A stretch of DNA of 64,000 nt from Epiperipatus broadwayi (taxonomy: Eukaryota > Animalia > Onychophora). Position 1 is the stretch's first letter. The number at the start of each line of letters is the position of its first letter. Location: the NCBI GenBank assembly GCA_028023455.1, contig JAQFVV010000004.1, forward strand, positions 12,028,001 through 12,092,000. The letters run 5' to 3'. The position numbers were made by a program, and so were the translations under genes. Below the pieces are notes generated by a model. That model saw only the letters and a program-made list of their open reading frames with translations, was not told the origin of the DNA and made no database searches. Of the stretch, positions 40,051 to 51,953 are shown piece after piece.

Positions 40051-42958
40051 TATTGCTAGAGTTCATAAAAAATCAAATATCAGATATGATAACAGTAAAG
40101 TCATGATCCATGGAGTTCTAGAATCTGCTATTCTACAACTGCATTATACTGCACAGCAATTAAATACAGTTCACATAATCACATTACTTTTTATTAAAAA
40201 AACAACAACAAATAAACAAACTAAAATAAAATAGAACTATATAAAAACAATACTACAATTTTGTTATAGATAAGAATCTTATTGTTTTGTATTTGTTAAT
40301 GCTTTTTTTTAAGTAGAGAATGTAAAATGTCATCAAATATCGTAATATTATTTTTATGATAAGATGATATTAAATACAATAATGCTAAAAACAATTATTT
40401 TATAAAATCTCATGATGCATTTTGACATTGATCATGAACTCATATACATAGATTTAATGCATTAAGATTAGTTTTTATACTCCCTTTGAATTACATAAGT
40501 TATTTCAAGTATCAAATATTAATAATCAATAAAATACAAAATTATAGTAACTTCAGTGATTTGAAAAGCAACATTTGTAATCAGATAGCAGGAAATGTGA
40601 TGATATTTTGTAACATTGGTTTCAACTTATTATTAAGTTAACAACTTTTCACGTATTTGAGTGCAGTGTTTTTAAAATAATGAGTGATAAAATAATGCAA
40701 AAATAATAAAGAAGTCCAAGGTTTTAATGATGTATCAACATTCACAAACTAGTTTCAGACTAATAGCAGGATTTGGTTTAACATAGATCTAATTTTCAGT
40801 TTTAAAATATATTTTATTGGAAATATATTAAATATATTTTTTTACACATGAATAAAATAATAATATAACAACAACAACAATAATAAAAAAAATAAAAAAG
40901 ATTTTTTACAATAATTCTATTAACATTAAGGTTGCATAAATTATAACATTTCATAGACTTCATTAAAATCATGAATTTGTTTAAAGATAAGTATGAGTTT
41001 GCAGGGCTGCAGTTATTGTGATAACACTGCAATTGTGAAAATCTTGAGAATAGAGTTGATCCGTTATTTTTCTTGTATTAATTTTATTAGGAAAAAGGTA
41101 TTATTATTATATTTTAAAAATAGTTTCTATTATAATCATAATTTATATACGCATAGTATACACATAAAGAGTCTGTTATATGTATGAAATTTAATAATAT
41201 TTATTGTATCAAGTATATTTTCAATGCTTTCATGTCATATTCATGGTAAGTCTCTGGAGAACATTAATTTTTTTCTGATTTGAATGCTATTAGTTTTTTG
41301 ATTCATTATATATTCATTTTGTTTAATGAACCATGCTTCTTTTATTTTAAGCTTGTGATCAATTCACTCTTTGCATGTAACTTTAAAAGCACTTAGATTG
41401 CAGCTATGACAGTGTTCTCTTTTTTGATTATGAAAGATGAATGATTTAAACACTTTAGGCTTAATCTTAGATTATTTATATATCAATGAGTGTTGAGTTC
41501 TTCTAGTTCTAAGATTTTCCCTGGTCTCACAACAATATATATATATATATATATATGGACAGTATTTTTGGCTGCAGTTCACAGGATAGACACATTGGGA
41601 TGGTCTAGTATTGAAATTTTGTCCTTTTTATTGTTAATGACCTTGTTTAAATTTATAACAATCCAAGTTAGGATGGATTTCTATAAGAAATGTTTATATT
41701 ATGGCATTTACCCAAATTGTTGCAATGTAAAAATGTATAAGTCTATAAGAAGTCATAACAAAATTAAAATACAACTACAGACACACTTTATGAGAAGGAT
41801 AATAAAAAACATCAAACAAAGTTAAATATAGCACTTACAACCTAAAATAAACATAAAAATATGTGGAAAATTAAATAGAGAATTACAAATGAAATTTGAC
41901 AAAAAATTTAAATTTTAAGTATTAAAACAAAATGGTAAAAAAATTTCAACAGAAGAACATTTTGTCAATTCGTCAAGTTCTAGAATGCCATTTAAATATG
42001 CCACAATACTAAATGCTGGACCTCAGTCTGTTAGCGGAGAATAGTTAAATCTCCACATGGAAAAGATTGCAGAATTGGAAATCACAGATGAGAATGAAAA
42101 AGATAAAGAAAAACTATTTAAGAGGGTAGCAACAATATTGGAAGCTGATACAAAAACTCCGAATCCCTCATCTTGATTGAAAAGCATCAAAGCACTTAAA
42201 AGAACTCTTACTAAAAATGAAATGACAAGTATGAAGAAAGACAAAGGTTATTGCTTTGTAGTGATAAATAATGATAAGTTTAAAAAAAAATGTTGATGCA
42301 AATTTCCACTTTAAAGTTTTATAGATTTAATAGTTACAATGTCAAAACCAAAAAAGACAAATTTATAGCTTGCATACATAAAAAAAATATGCAAATAAAT
42401 GATAGGGTAGGTGACAATACTTGCAAATGTAGTACTCTAGTGCCTAGATTATTTGCAAATATGAAAATGCATAAGGAACACCATTCACTTAGACTAATTA
42501 TCAATTTTGGGAGAGCACATTACCAGGAAACTTCCAAATTTGTCACACAATTACTTAAAGAAGAATTAGGTTTTGGCAAACATACCATAACATCATCATT
42601 TGTATTTGTGGACATTATTAAAAGTACTACTATTTCTAATGATCATAGAATGGCATCCTTTGATATTACAGAACTCTAAGGATTGGTTAATCACAAAGAG
42701 TCAATAAAAATTATCAATGTATTATTAAGAAATATGAATACAAATACATATAAAAATGAATTTATCATAGAGTTCTTAAAATGGATAAGCAACATTATCA
42801 TAGCTACATATGAAGGACAAGAATATGAGATGTCAGAGTCTTAGGAAATAAGCATATCCATCAGTGGAATCATTTGTAGTCAAATTCTGGCTTATAAAAA
42901 AAACAAATATAACTGACTCTATATTAAACATGCAAGAAAATTGTATATATATATACTA

Positions 42959-44111
42959 CTGGGTCTCTTTTTACGCGGACTTATTTAACACGATTTTGAA
43001 GTTACGCGATTCGTCTTTCACCGGAAGTCGAAGTCCGATAATGCACTATTACTTTAAATAATAAATTTCGCACACTTACAGTTATATTGAAAGTAATAAC
43101 ACATTATTGGAATTCGACTTTAATCTTAGTAATTTCAATATTTTCAGTGCTTTATAATAGTAAGATTTTATGCAATAATGAAATTAAAATCATGATTTCC
43201 ACATATTATGTATACACACATTAAATTTTACAAGATTATAATGTAAATTTGTTCAAAGATTGTGCATGTTAATTTTGCATTTTAAATCACATTCTGTTTT
43301 TGCTTTTTAAAAAAGAACGTAATCAATTATAATCATTTAGTGTCCACAAGTTTATTTTTAAAAGATTAGTAATAGCAGTGGACACAATTAAAAATTAAAA
43401 TCTGATTTTTAATTGTATTTAACAATTTAAAAATTACTTATGGGCGACTTGAAATTAATGTGATGTAAAATGAAATTTGATTTTTAAACGGAATTGAAAA
43501 TTAAAGACAAAAATAAGAATTTAATTTTTAGTTGTTAGTTTTAATTATATTTTTCCCAGCAGTGGTGAATAAATGTCTTTTTATTATCATAAGTCTAAGT
43601 TCATAAACAATTAATAAAATCATCATCGTCGTCAACAGACAACCATTAACACACCATGAGAGTGAACTTGGCACTAGTTGTATTTCCTCTTGTGAGAATA
43701 ATTGCTGAGATATTCTTGACTTCGTTTAAGGAGAAGCCAAATACATCACATCACATCACATGAGAATCTGATTTTTTACTAGTTTGCAAACGAACATCTT
43801 TTTGGGCAAATAGCGATAATAATTAAAACGTGTATAAAAAAATTTAAATTACTGTACTGTAAATTATGCATAAAAATATATTATTTTGAATAAAATATTA
43901 TAGTTAAAAAAAGTTTGTCTTGTATCATTTTTTTTCAAATTTGAAATTTTTTATTAGTCATATTTTATTTCCTTATATTTTTTTTGCACGAATTTTGAAA
44001 AATCACAGACTGCATCCCCCCTTTTTCAATGTAAGTTACGTCTATTTTTGCGCGATTTCATTTGCGTGTGTTTTCTGAGGAACCTATCTATCACGTAAAA
44101 TGAGACCCAGG
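42959..44111. mobile_element. Non-autonomous TA-flanked DNA transposon (Tc1/mariner-pogo-like)
   Basis: Terminal inverted repeats ctgggtctc(t/a)ttttacg(c/t)g, TA on both sides, CpG-richer than its flanks, no transposase ORF. Confidence 0.65.
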
Positions 44112-44113
44112 TA

Positions 44114-45650
44114 TATATATATAACACAATACCCGTTATAAAATATAAATATAAGAAATAACAATAAGGTTAACTGTGAATATAATATTATAGTCTAAAT
44201 TATTTTGTAGCGCTTTCAATACGTGGTAATCCTTGTCAGCTTTAACTGAATTTCAAAATTTAAACTTAATGCTACTTATATTTCCACAAGCTGTGTATGG
44301 CCGTATTTGCAGTTTGCCTATTAATAACATCGTTCTTATATTTCTCAATTAATATTGCCTCTTTAATTTTCCTCTTTTTATGATTTCTTTCTTCCATTAA
44401 TATTTTTATTTCATTACTATCAAATGTAAATTTATTATTACAAGTTTTTTCATGGTCAAAGAATACTGAAGCTGTATTAAATTGACTATTTATGTTATTT
44501 TTAATTCCATTATATAATAATTGATGCTCCTTCAATCTTTTTCCACAGAACATCTCGATTCACCGATGTAAAATTTTTGATACCTACATGAAATTTGATA
44601 AATTATATTACTTCTTTGTAATTTAGGAATTATACACTTAGAATTATTAATCAATCGATTAACATTTGGAGGAACGCAAAATGAAATATTATACCTTTTT
44701 TAAATATATTCTTGATTAATGGAAAAATAAAATTTTTAGATTTACAAATATTTAGAGATGCTACTGATTTAAATTATAAATTAATTTTTAAACCTATTGG
44801 AGAAAGAGGATATATTCATTTTAAATCATGTGTTCCAATGATACATAAAATGGCAAGTCTAAAATCATTTTTGCATCGCAATGATAAACTATGTAAATAT
44901 AAGAGTGATAAAATTTTAAATATTGAACTCTTTGCTAATGAACTTTTAAAGGTTGCTTATGATAAAAACCAAATCTTGCATACAGTAAATTCATTTAATA
45001 ATAAGAAAAGTGTTTGCAGTGTTACTTTAGATAATAAAAAATGGATATCTATTACCGTTTGTAAATAACATGTAATATAAATTAATCAAGAATATATTTA
45101 AAGAAAAGTATAATATTTCATTTTGTGTTCCTCCAAATGTTAATCGATTGATTAATAATTCTAAATGTATAATTCCTAAATTACAAAGAAGTAATATAAT
45201 TTATCAAATTTCATGTAGGTGTCAAAAATTTTACATCGGTGAATCGAGATGTTCTGTGGAAAAAAGATTGAAGGAGCATCAATTATTATAGAATCGAATT
45301 TAAAATAATGTAAGTAGTCAATTTAATACACCTTCAGTATTCTTTGACCATGAAAAAACTTGTAATAATAAATTTACATTTGATAGTAATGAAATAAAAA
45401 TATTAATGGAAGAAAGAAATCATAAAAAGAGGAAAATTAAAGAGGCAATATTAATTGAGAAATATAAGAATGATGTTATTAATAGGGAAACTGCAAATAC
45501 GGCCATACACAGCTTGCAGAAATATACATAGCATTAAGTTTAAATTTTGAAATTCAGTTAAAGCTGATGAGGTTTACCACATAATTGAAAGCGCTACAAA
45601 ATAATTTAGACTATAATATTATATTCACTGTTAACCTTATATATATATAT
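44114..45650 (+). mobile_element. 5'-truncated Penelope-like element as a large inverted repeat (arms 44164-44720 and 45081-45640, 360-bp spacer)
   Basis: Spacer encodes the RT C-terminus ('KIKFLDLQIFR...RGYIH'); the right arm encodes 'NIIYQISCRCQKFYIGES...KRLKEH...KRKIKEAILI' with stops; the left arm is its reverse complement. Confidence 0.92.
45564..45596 (+). ncRNA. PLE pLTR minimal hammerhead motif
   Basis: CUGAUGA GGUUUACCACAUAAUU GAAA GCGC UA, with palindromic AGCGCU stem III; mirror copy at 44208-44239 (minus) has core CUGACAA. Proximal stem I is weak. Confidence 0.6.
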
Positions 45651-45811
45651 GGAATATGGATAATGTCAATTAATCACATGTTCAAAGATTTGAACATAGA
45701 TTCAGACTTGAATTGGACAGTTGAGCTTAAAGATAATAATCTAATTTAATATCTGGATTTAAAATCAAAGTAGATACACAATGCACTTCAATTTAAAATG
45801 GTCATAAACCC

Positions 45812-45900
45812 TAACCCATATTAGAGGATACATAGATATAAAATTTAAAGTACCCATAACCCATATTAGAGGATACATAGATATAAAATTTAAAGTACCT
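45812..45900. repeat. 45-bp tandem duplication within the decayed PLE RT
   Basis: taacccatattagaggatacatagatataaaatttaaagtacc at 45812 and 45857. Confidence 0.93.
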
Positions 45901-46844
45901 ATGTCTCGTAAATTTGCAGGGCTTAAAAACTTTTTATACCACAATTATTATTTATATCAATATGAAGTAGATAGAACTGAAAACATTCAACATTACATGG
46001 CCGACTTGATAAAAGCATGCTATTACGAATGCATATATAGATATATATAGAGCAATTCAAAATCAAAATAATTAATAAAACAGGTGATTGTAGAAATAAT
46101 AAAGGTTGGATCATGCTAACATATTTATCATGTACAGTAAATAACTAGCACAAATATGCTCAGAAAAATTTAATGTCAGATCCAGAACTCTCATAAATTT
46201 AAACAATCTCATTAACAATATAAAGAACAAAATTTTAACACTAGACTTTCAAATGTGGTCTATGTTGTGAATTGCAGCCAAAAAGACTGTCCTTATGTAT
46301 ATTATGGTAAGATCAGAGCAAATCTCAGAACTAGAATGACTCAATACTCATTAATGTATAAAAAATCTAAGATTAAGCCTGTAGTGTTTAATTCATCTGT
46401 CTTTCATAACCATGAGAGAGAATATAGCCGCTGTTATCTGAGTGCTATTAAAGTTGTATATGAGAGAGAAATTGCAAATGTAAAAATAAAAGAGGTATGG
46501 TTCATTACTCAAAATGAATATGCAATGAACGAAAAAACTAAAAGCATTCAAATCAGCAAAAAATTAATATTTTCAGCAGATTGACCATGAATATGATGTG
46601 AAAGCATCAAAAGTATATTCAATACAATTAATATTATTAAATTTTATATTTAAACTCTGTATGAGTATTTTCTCACATTAATATTTAGAATGGCAGCATA
46701 TGGAAATATAATTATATATATACATGTTGAAAAATACAGTAAACTCAGAGTACAATAAACAAAACATGAGTTATTATATGCTATACAGGTTGTGCACAAG
46801 AAAAGCATTGAATAAAATTGTATAGATTAATGGTGTGGACCCTT

Positions 46845-47145
46845 TTTACACATGTGACCCTACACTCAGACTGAAATTTTATGTGGCTCACCTGTGATCC
46901 CTACATTCAGACTGAAATTTTACGTGACCCATTATATGTTGTTACCAAGCTATTATAAGCTTATAAGAATAGTAATAATAAGTCATTTTACCCCATGCAA
47001 ATATATACCTTTATATTTTACATATGATTTGATATAAGATCTTTGAAATAACTGCATATTATTCAACATGAAAACTTCTCAAAATTTTCATGACCCCCAA
47101 TAATTTTCCTGTGGCCCTTGAGAAGTTGTGATGACAGGTTACACA
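46845..47145. mobile_element. Possible decayed hAT-type MITE
   Basis: Ends resemble 'CAGTG..CC..CCTTTTT..GACCC' and 'GAC..CAGGTT..A.ACTG'; contains a short internal duplication. Confidence 0.3.
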
Positions 47146-47487
47146 CTGCTGATGTAGATTATAGCTTTATTGTAATTAAAAATATATTAAAAATATTTAG
47201 AAATTGTGGATGTTTTATGAGTACAAAAGATGATATTAAAGTATTAATAGTGGATAAGATGTCTTTTAAAAGCTGAGAATATAATTAAAAAACAACTTAA
47301 GTCCACAAACATACAACAAGAAGTAAAAATAAAACAGAATTCATTTTGCAACAAAATAAATGTGATTAATTCAATAAAAAATTGATAAAATAAATTAAAA
47401 AGCATAAAAATAAAGGCCCAAAATCTAAAATTATAAAATTAAAAGAAACAGCAGGAAAAACAAAAATGTACATAATAATATATTATT

Positions 47488-47911
47488 ATATATAGGGTAT
47501 ATGAGCACATACTTCCACACGACCCACCACCCTCCACACTGTCTCATAACACTGATACACTCAAACACATATATGTTGAAAAGATAAAGAATCACCAATA
47601 TATGTATTTCATGCTAAACCAGCAATCATTAGTTGGTCCAGATTACCATCTCTACACATATATGCTATAAGTGCTCAGATATATATTAAGATAGTCAATC
47701 CTCATACTCCAATGAACAGGCTTCAATCGACTCCACACTCCAACTCTTCAACCATCCATCCAATTGAAAATCTGATGATGGAATGCTCAAAGGCCACCCT
47801 GAGGCTGAGATTCTTGTCACACCCATGTTGACCTAAGGTCAATCTGACCCCTCATGCACAGGACATAATCCATTTAATATATATACAAGGGATGAGAAGA
47901 CATCTCTACTA
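47488..47911 (-). mobile_element. Hammerhead-repeat copy, subfamily A; ribozyme core mutated (CUAAUGA at 47594-47637)
   Basis: Collinear with the 55 kb monomer; 5' end at TAGTAGAGATG. Confidence 0.92.
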
Positions 47912-50900
47912 TTGAAGCTAGAAATATAATACATATTTCTGCTTCACCTAGTGCTAATGTCATCAGCACTAGTATGGGTTTGAACCTAATCTAGAATATT
48001 AACTGACACCCATCTCATAATAGGTGGTAATAGGTGTATCTTATAATCAATATTTATAATCAATATTATAATCTTTTATTTAATTTATATTTCATTAATT
48101 TATATATTTTATGATTAAAACTAACCTCTTTATAATATGATTAATTATATAATATTTGCAGAAATGTATATTGTGTTTATTTTATTAAATTGGCATTGAG
48201 TAAATAATTGAATCGTAGATATCTATAAAATGTTACAAATATTTTACATTCTTTTATTAAACTTCTTTTTTTTTTTCAATTAAACAGTTGGTAACATTTT
48301 ATATTTATCTTTTGATAAATGTACATGAAAGGATCAATTATGTGAACAATCTAATATTTGTAAGGAATATTTTGTAAATTTTTACTTAAGTTTTATATCA
48401 AATATTAGGTTGGAAAGTCATCATATTATTTATAGAATGTACCAAATTCCTAAAATTTTTGGGAATAAAATTTACATTTTTAAAATCTAAATCTTAATTA
48501 AATAGTCTTGTTGCTGTTTTCTTTTAATTAGCAAAATGGATCCTTGGCATGTTTAATGCAAGATTATAGATTTCCTGCCCAGGCAGACATCAACCTCAGA
48601 GAACTGCTTAGAGCAATTGCAATTGGTAGTTGTCAATGTAGATTGAATCCTATAGATAAAGCCAGATCAGATAAATAGTAGAAAATTTTGATAAGAATTA
48701 TCGAAGAACAGTTCACTGAAGAGAGTAGTTATAGTATTTTGTATCTAAAGAATGATGGGGTAAAAAGATCAGCCATTTGCTTTTCAGAGCTCTGTTTCAC
48801 CAGCTCATCACAATGCCATTCCAGTATTGTCAACACCTAGCCCAAGACTGTACTGTGTCAAGGAAGCCTAATAAATGAACTGATTTTATAACTGCCTGTT
48901 TCTACTGATTGGTTCTGAGGTAATCTCCAATTTGCCGCAAGCCTCTGATTCTAGCTTACTTTGTTTTCTAAATCAATATTAATTTATATTATATATATCT
49001 GTAATGTTTATACAACTTAATTTTAAAATGTGTCTTTTAAAAATTTTCTCTTAAATTTAAAATGATCAATTCTTATAAAAATCTCACATTATTTTGATGC
49101 AGCAAATTTATCTTAAATTTTTTTGTTGGTTTATTTATAATATTGACTTATTGAAACTGCCAAGTATAAAACCCAATGAGCAAGTAACTTTAAACCCTCT
49201 CCCTCTTATTTTCTTCAGTTAAAAATCATTTTAGGAGACTTATTTCCATTAAATTAATTAATAGAGAAAGCTCATTTAGTTTTATACTTCATATTATAAA
49301 GTTATTTTTAAATGATTGAAATTATTTTAAAAGTTAGGTATCTTGTTATCTAAGAGAATAATGTATTTTAATAAATCAGGTAAGTAAAGTCGATGACAAT
49401 TTCTGTAAACCAAATATCTTAAAACAGAATCACTTAAGGCACAGCTATCATAGTGTATATATTTCATTCATATATATTTTCGTTTGTGTCAGTAAATATT
49501 AAAATTGTGATGTACAATTTTTTATGCTATATGTTGTCAAACTTCACCGGAAGTGAGTTTGATATTTAATGCCCAGCCTGTCTATGTTAATTAAAAGACA
49601 GACTTATTTTGTAATATTCGATGATGAATTATTTGATAACTTACCAATACATGAAATATTTGAAAAGTGTGGAAAACAATTTACATTTTTAGTTTTAATA
49701 TTTTTTTCTTTCTTTTTATATTATACTTTATGATTCATTCTTTAATGGCCCAGGGTTTCTGGGGACATTCTATTACATCAGGGAGCTGATTATTTTATTC
49801 AGGAATTAATTTATTATGACTGTTATTGATCCACTATATATATATAAGTCTAAGGCATTATGTATTTTGTAGTTACAACCATTCATTTATTATTATTATT
49901 CTTGCTTTGCAACATACCTCTCAGGACCTTCAGAATTTTAAATATGACCAGTCCAATCTTTTACTTTCCCTCAAAGTAGACGTATTTCCTACTAAGGGAC
50001 CATTTTTCAGGCACTGCCATTAAAATGTGTATGGGAAGTCCAGCACATCAAATCTTGTTATTATTCAGAGACATGTTTTGGCTGGAGAGCCAACATTTCT
50101 CTCATCATCTACCTGTATAAAACAGGGATTTCTTTTTAGCAAAGCTGCCCAGAGGTTCATAACAGACCTCATTTATTCTTTTGTTGTAATCTATAATATC
50201 GTACTGCCTTTATCATTCATTATATATATATTTATTTACAAACGTGAAATGCTCTCTGCCGTGATGGCATGTCTTTCACCAACCAATCCCGTTAATTAGT
50301 TAAATCTGATTATTTAATTTAAAATGAACTATTTTGCTTTCCACACTCATTGTAGACAACTGATTTAAATGTAATAGTGTTTTAAATACACATCACTCAT
50401 GTCTTGTTATTTATATATAGAATATATTTATTTGTAATCTCTTAAAGAGGGCTAAAGATATTTTATTGCTGATTGGTTCTTGGCAGACCAATTAACAAAT
50501 TTTTACTTTGTTATCAAATGCCTTGCATTTAGCTGCATCAAAACGAATTCAAGAAGTATAATAACGTAGTTGTATAAACAAAACTCAACTTATTTTGTAT
50601 AACAATTTCTTAATAAATTCCTGTAATATTATTATTTTAAATTAGCTTAGTTTGTCATCACTCTGAATCTCTAATATTAATTACCCTAGTTCTTTATATT
50701 TCTTTGATTTAAATTCATTTCTTTGTAATGTTGCCAAAAAGAATTATAATTATTATGGTTCAAACCATTAGTAATTGATATAAATCACATTTGTACCATT
50801 CTGCAATCATCAGAATTCACTAAATCATTAATTTCTTATATAAACCCTTTATTATTTTGAGTCTCTTTGTAAACCATGACCTCCAGTTGGGACGGAATAA

Positions 50901-51078
50901 AACCAAGGACTGCTAGTGTCATCACAAACATTATCCATTAGTCAGAGAGGCAATAGTTCAGGCAAATAGGTTAGGATTCACCATTCCCTGACATCTGTAT
51001 TTTGTGTATGGTGGGATTCAAGGTACTTTTGCTTGGATTATTGGTCTTGTTGAATGAATACACGATTTTGACCGGCAC

Positions 51079-51525
51079 ACTATGTAATAAGTGAAACACA
51101 CAGGCTTATTATATACTTGTGTGTATATATGTAATATATAGGGTATATGAGCACAGACTTTCACACAACCCACCACTCTCCACACTATGTCATAACACTG
51201 ATACACTTGAACACATATATGTTAAAAAGATAAATAATCACCAATATATGTGTATTTCATGCTAAACCAGCAATCATCAGTTGGTCCAGATTACCATCTC
51301 CACACATACATGCTATAAGTGCTCAGATATATATTAAGATAGCCAATCCTCACTCCAACTCTTCAACCATCCATCCAATTGAAAATCTGATGATGGAATG
51401 CTCAAAAGCCACCCTGAGGCTGAGATTCTTGTCACACCCATGTTGATCTAAGGTCAATCTGACCCCTCATGCAAGGACATAATCCATTTAATACATATAT
51501 AAGGGATGGGCAGACATCTCTACTA
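51079..51525 (-). mobile_element. Unit-length hammerhead-repeat copy, subfamily A (internal ~36-bp deletion); hammerhead at 51240-51285
   Basis: Begins TAGTAGAGATG and ends TTATTACATAGT; core intact, stem III insert UACACAUA. Confidence 0.92.
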
Positions 51526-51953
51526 AATGGATTGTGTCCTGTGCATGAGGGTCAGATTGACCTTAGGTCAATATGGGAATGACAAGAATCTCAGCCTCAG
51601 GGTGGCCTTTGAGCATTCCATCATCAGATTTTCAATTAGATGGACAGTTGAAGAGTTGGAGTGTGGAGTGGATTAAAGCCTGTCCATTGGAGTATGAAGA
51701 TTGGCTATCTTAATATATATCTGAGCACTTATAGGATATATGTGTAGAGATGGTAATCTGGACCAACTGATGATTGCTGGTTTAGCATGAAATACGTATA
51801 TTGGTGATTATTTATCTTTTCAACATATATGTGTTCGAGTGCATCAGTGTTATGAGATAGTGTGGAGGGTGGTAGGTTGTGTGAAAGTCTATGCTCATAT
51901 ACCCTATATATTACATATATGGACACAAGTATATAATAAGCCTGTGTATTTCA
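51524..51953 (+). mobile_element. Hammerhead-repeat copy, subfamily A, head-to-head with the previous copy
   Basis: Collinear with the 55 kb monomer from taaatgg to gtatttca. Confidence 0.92.
51762..51805 (+). ncRNA. Type I hammerhead ribozyme, intact core; predicted cleavage after 51800 (AUA)
   Basis: ACCAA CUGAUGA U UGCUGGUUUAGCA U GAAA UACGUA UA UUGGU. Confidence 0.85.

Larger units (their letters stand above)
41155..46668 (+). mobile_element. Old, decayed Penelope-like element with a 5' inverted arm (41155-41540), split by two nested insertions
   Basis: N-terminus 'FYKKCLYYGIYP' (41.7 kb); 'KKDKGYCFVV', 'PRLFANMKMHK..LRLII', 'ASFDITEL' (42.2-42.7 kb). RT resumes at 45.65 kb ('LNWTVE..NNLI*YLDLK', 'RGYI'); GIY-YIG at 46255-46584. 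41155-41540 is an inverted homologue of 46300-46668. Confidence 0.8.

Noticed and set aside
44712-44720. Start codon of the 118-aa ORF
   Set aside because: Lies inside the inverted arm at the truncation junction, so it is not a real initiation site.
47765-47820. CTGATGA on the antisense strand of the hammerhead repeat (also ~51388)
   Set aside because: No GAAA at the end of a stem II and no stems I or III, so no second-polarity hammerhead is supported.
51527-51676. 49-codon ORF in one hammerhead-repeat copy
   Set aside because: Depends on a private 1-bp deletion; not open in the other copies.
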